A stretch of DNA of 64,000 nt from Felis catus. Lineage: Eukaryota. Shown here one piece after another: positions 62,971 to 64,000 of this stretch. The stretch spans positions 228,596,001 through 228,660,000 of the forward strand of contig NC_058368.1 of the NCBI RefSeq assembly GCF_018350175.1. Reading direction: 5' to 3'. Numbering within the stretch: the first letter of the stretch is position 1; the number at the start of each line of letters is the position of its first letter. The notes below the pieces were generated by a model, which had not been told where the DNA came from, searched no databases, and saw only the letters and a program-made list of their open reading frames with translations. A program made the translations under genes and the position numbers.

Positions 62971-63252
62971 CAGAGTTGGTTAGTTTAAAGATACATTTAT
63001 AACTAAATAAAACTCCATGATTTTAAGTAGAAAGTGGGCATTTTTATTTACTCTTTGGATGAGAGTTGCTATATGTTTTGGAAATGTGTTCAGTAATAAG
63101 TGCAATTGTATATTTGTTTCATTTTGTAAGAATTTCTTTGAAATTTCAAAATTAGGAAAGTCAAAGTGGGAAGCTCCCTATTGCTCTTTCCCCTATAACC
63201 CACTCATTTATTGCATTTCTTTTCAAAATTTATTTCTAGCCTATGAAAAATA

Positions 63253-63569
63253 CATTTGACCCTGAACAATGCGGGAGCTAGGGGCACTGACCACCCCTCT
63301 GCAGTTGAAAATCCAAGGGTAACTTTTGATTCCCCACAAGTGTAACTGCCAATAGTCTACTGTTGACAGGAAACCTTACTTAGTCAATTAATACTTTGCA
63401 TGTGTTATATGTATTATGTAGTACAGTCCTACAATGAAGTAAGCTAGAGAAAAGAAAGTTATTAAGAAAATCATAAGAAAAGGAAAATACACTTAGAGTC
63501 CTGTTCTGTAAAAGACCCCCATGTAAGTGGACGTGTACACTTCAAAGCTGTTTGTTCAAGGGTCAACTG
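63253..63569. mobile_element. Tigger2a-like TcMar MITE
   Basis: TIRs catttgaccctgaacaa…ttgttcaagggtcaactg, preceded by TA. Confidence 0.85.
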
Positions 63570-64000
63570 TGTATATTTAATATGCTCTCTGTAAATGGAT
63601 TATGCAATACATATTGTTTCCTACTAGACACACACTCATTCCTATGCGATCATCTATTTTGGGAGCAATAGAAAACTACACGAACACATTGATTCTCTGC
63701 CATATAAAGAATGAATTATCATGCTTTCAATAGGCCACCAATTTTGTTCTCTTTTTCTTCCCTATTTTAGAAATACTGTTGCAGGTTATTCTAGAGATTA
63801 ACTTTAAAGACTCAATATACATGAACTTTAATTTTATGAATTATCACATTAACTCACTATCCACTATAAAAGAGGACATTAATATATACATCCTTATTTC
63901 ATTTCTTCTTTTTCCCTCTACCTCTTTGCATGATTTAATTATTATAAAATGCATATAGCATCCTGATTAGCAACATAGTTAATCTCCTCTCTCCTTTAGC

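Noticed and set aside
1..64000. CRISPR array, operon or other prokaryote-type system
   Set aside because: The sequence is mammalian, with no regularly spaced repeat-spacer array and no long ORFs.

Overview
This 64 kb window is AT-rich, repeat-dense mammalian DNA from a carnivoran, most likely a felid, judging by about 23 CanSINE/SINEC elements and a young cat-type L1 3' end. I could not identify any protein-coding gene, RNA gene, CpG island or CRISPR array. Nearly all listed ORFs are repeat-derived or spurious; only decayed L1 ORF2 and ERV-L pol fragments translate into recognisable protein. The window reads as intergenic or deep-intronic DNA built from nested L1, L2, MIR, MaLR/ERV-L LTRs, DNA-transposon relics and three younger 6-bp-TSD solo LTRs. 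The most notable structures are: (1) two same-family, long-U3 betaretrovirus-like solo LTRs 12.9 kb apart, each with its own TSD, patchy divergence and a possible decayed U3 reading frame; (2) a scrambled ERV-L pol with integrase upstream of protease/RT and a convergent duplicated RT/RNase H segment; (3) a locally templated inverted insertion between (TA)n tracts, later hit by a SINE; (4) a near-consensus CTCF motif in unique sequence. I see no convincing evidence of a new biological system. Repeat subfamily names come from recall of consensus sequences, and boundaries without TSDs are approximate.
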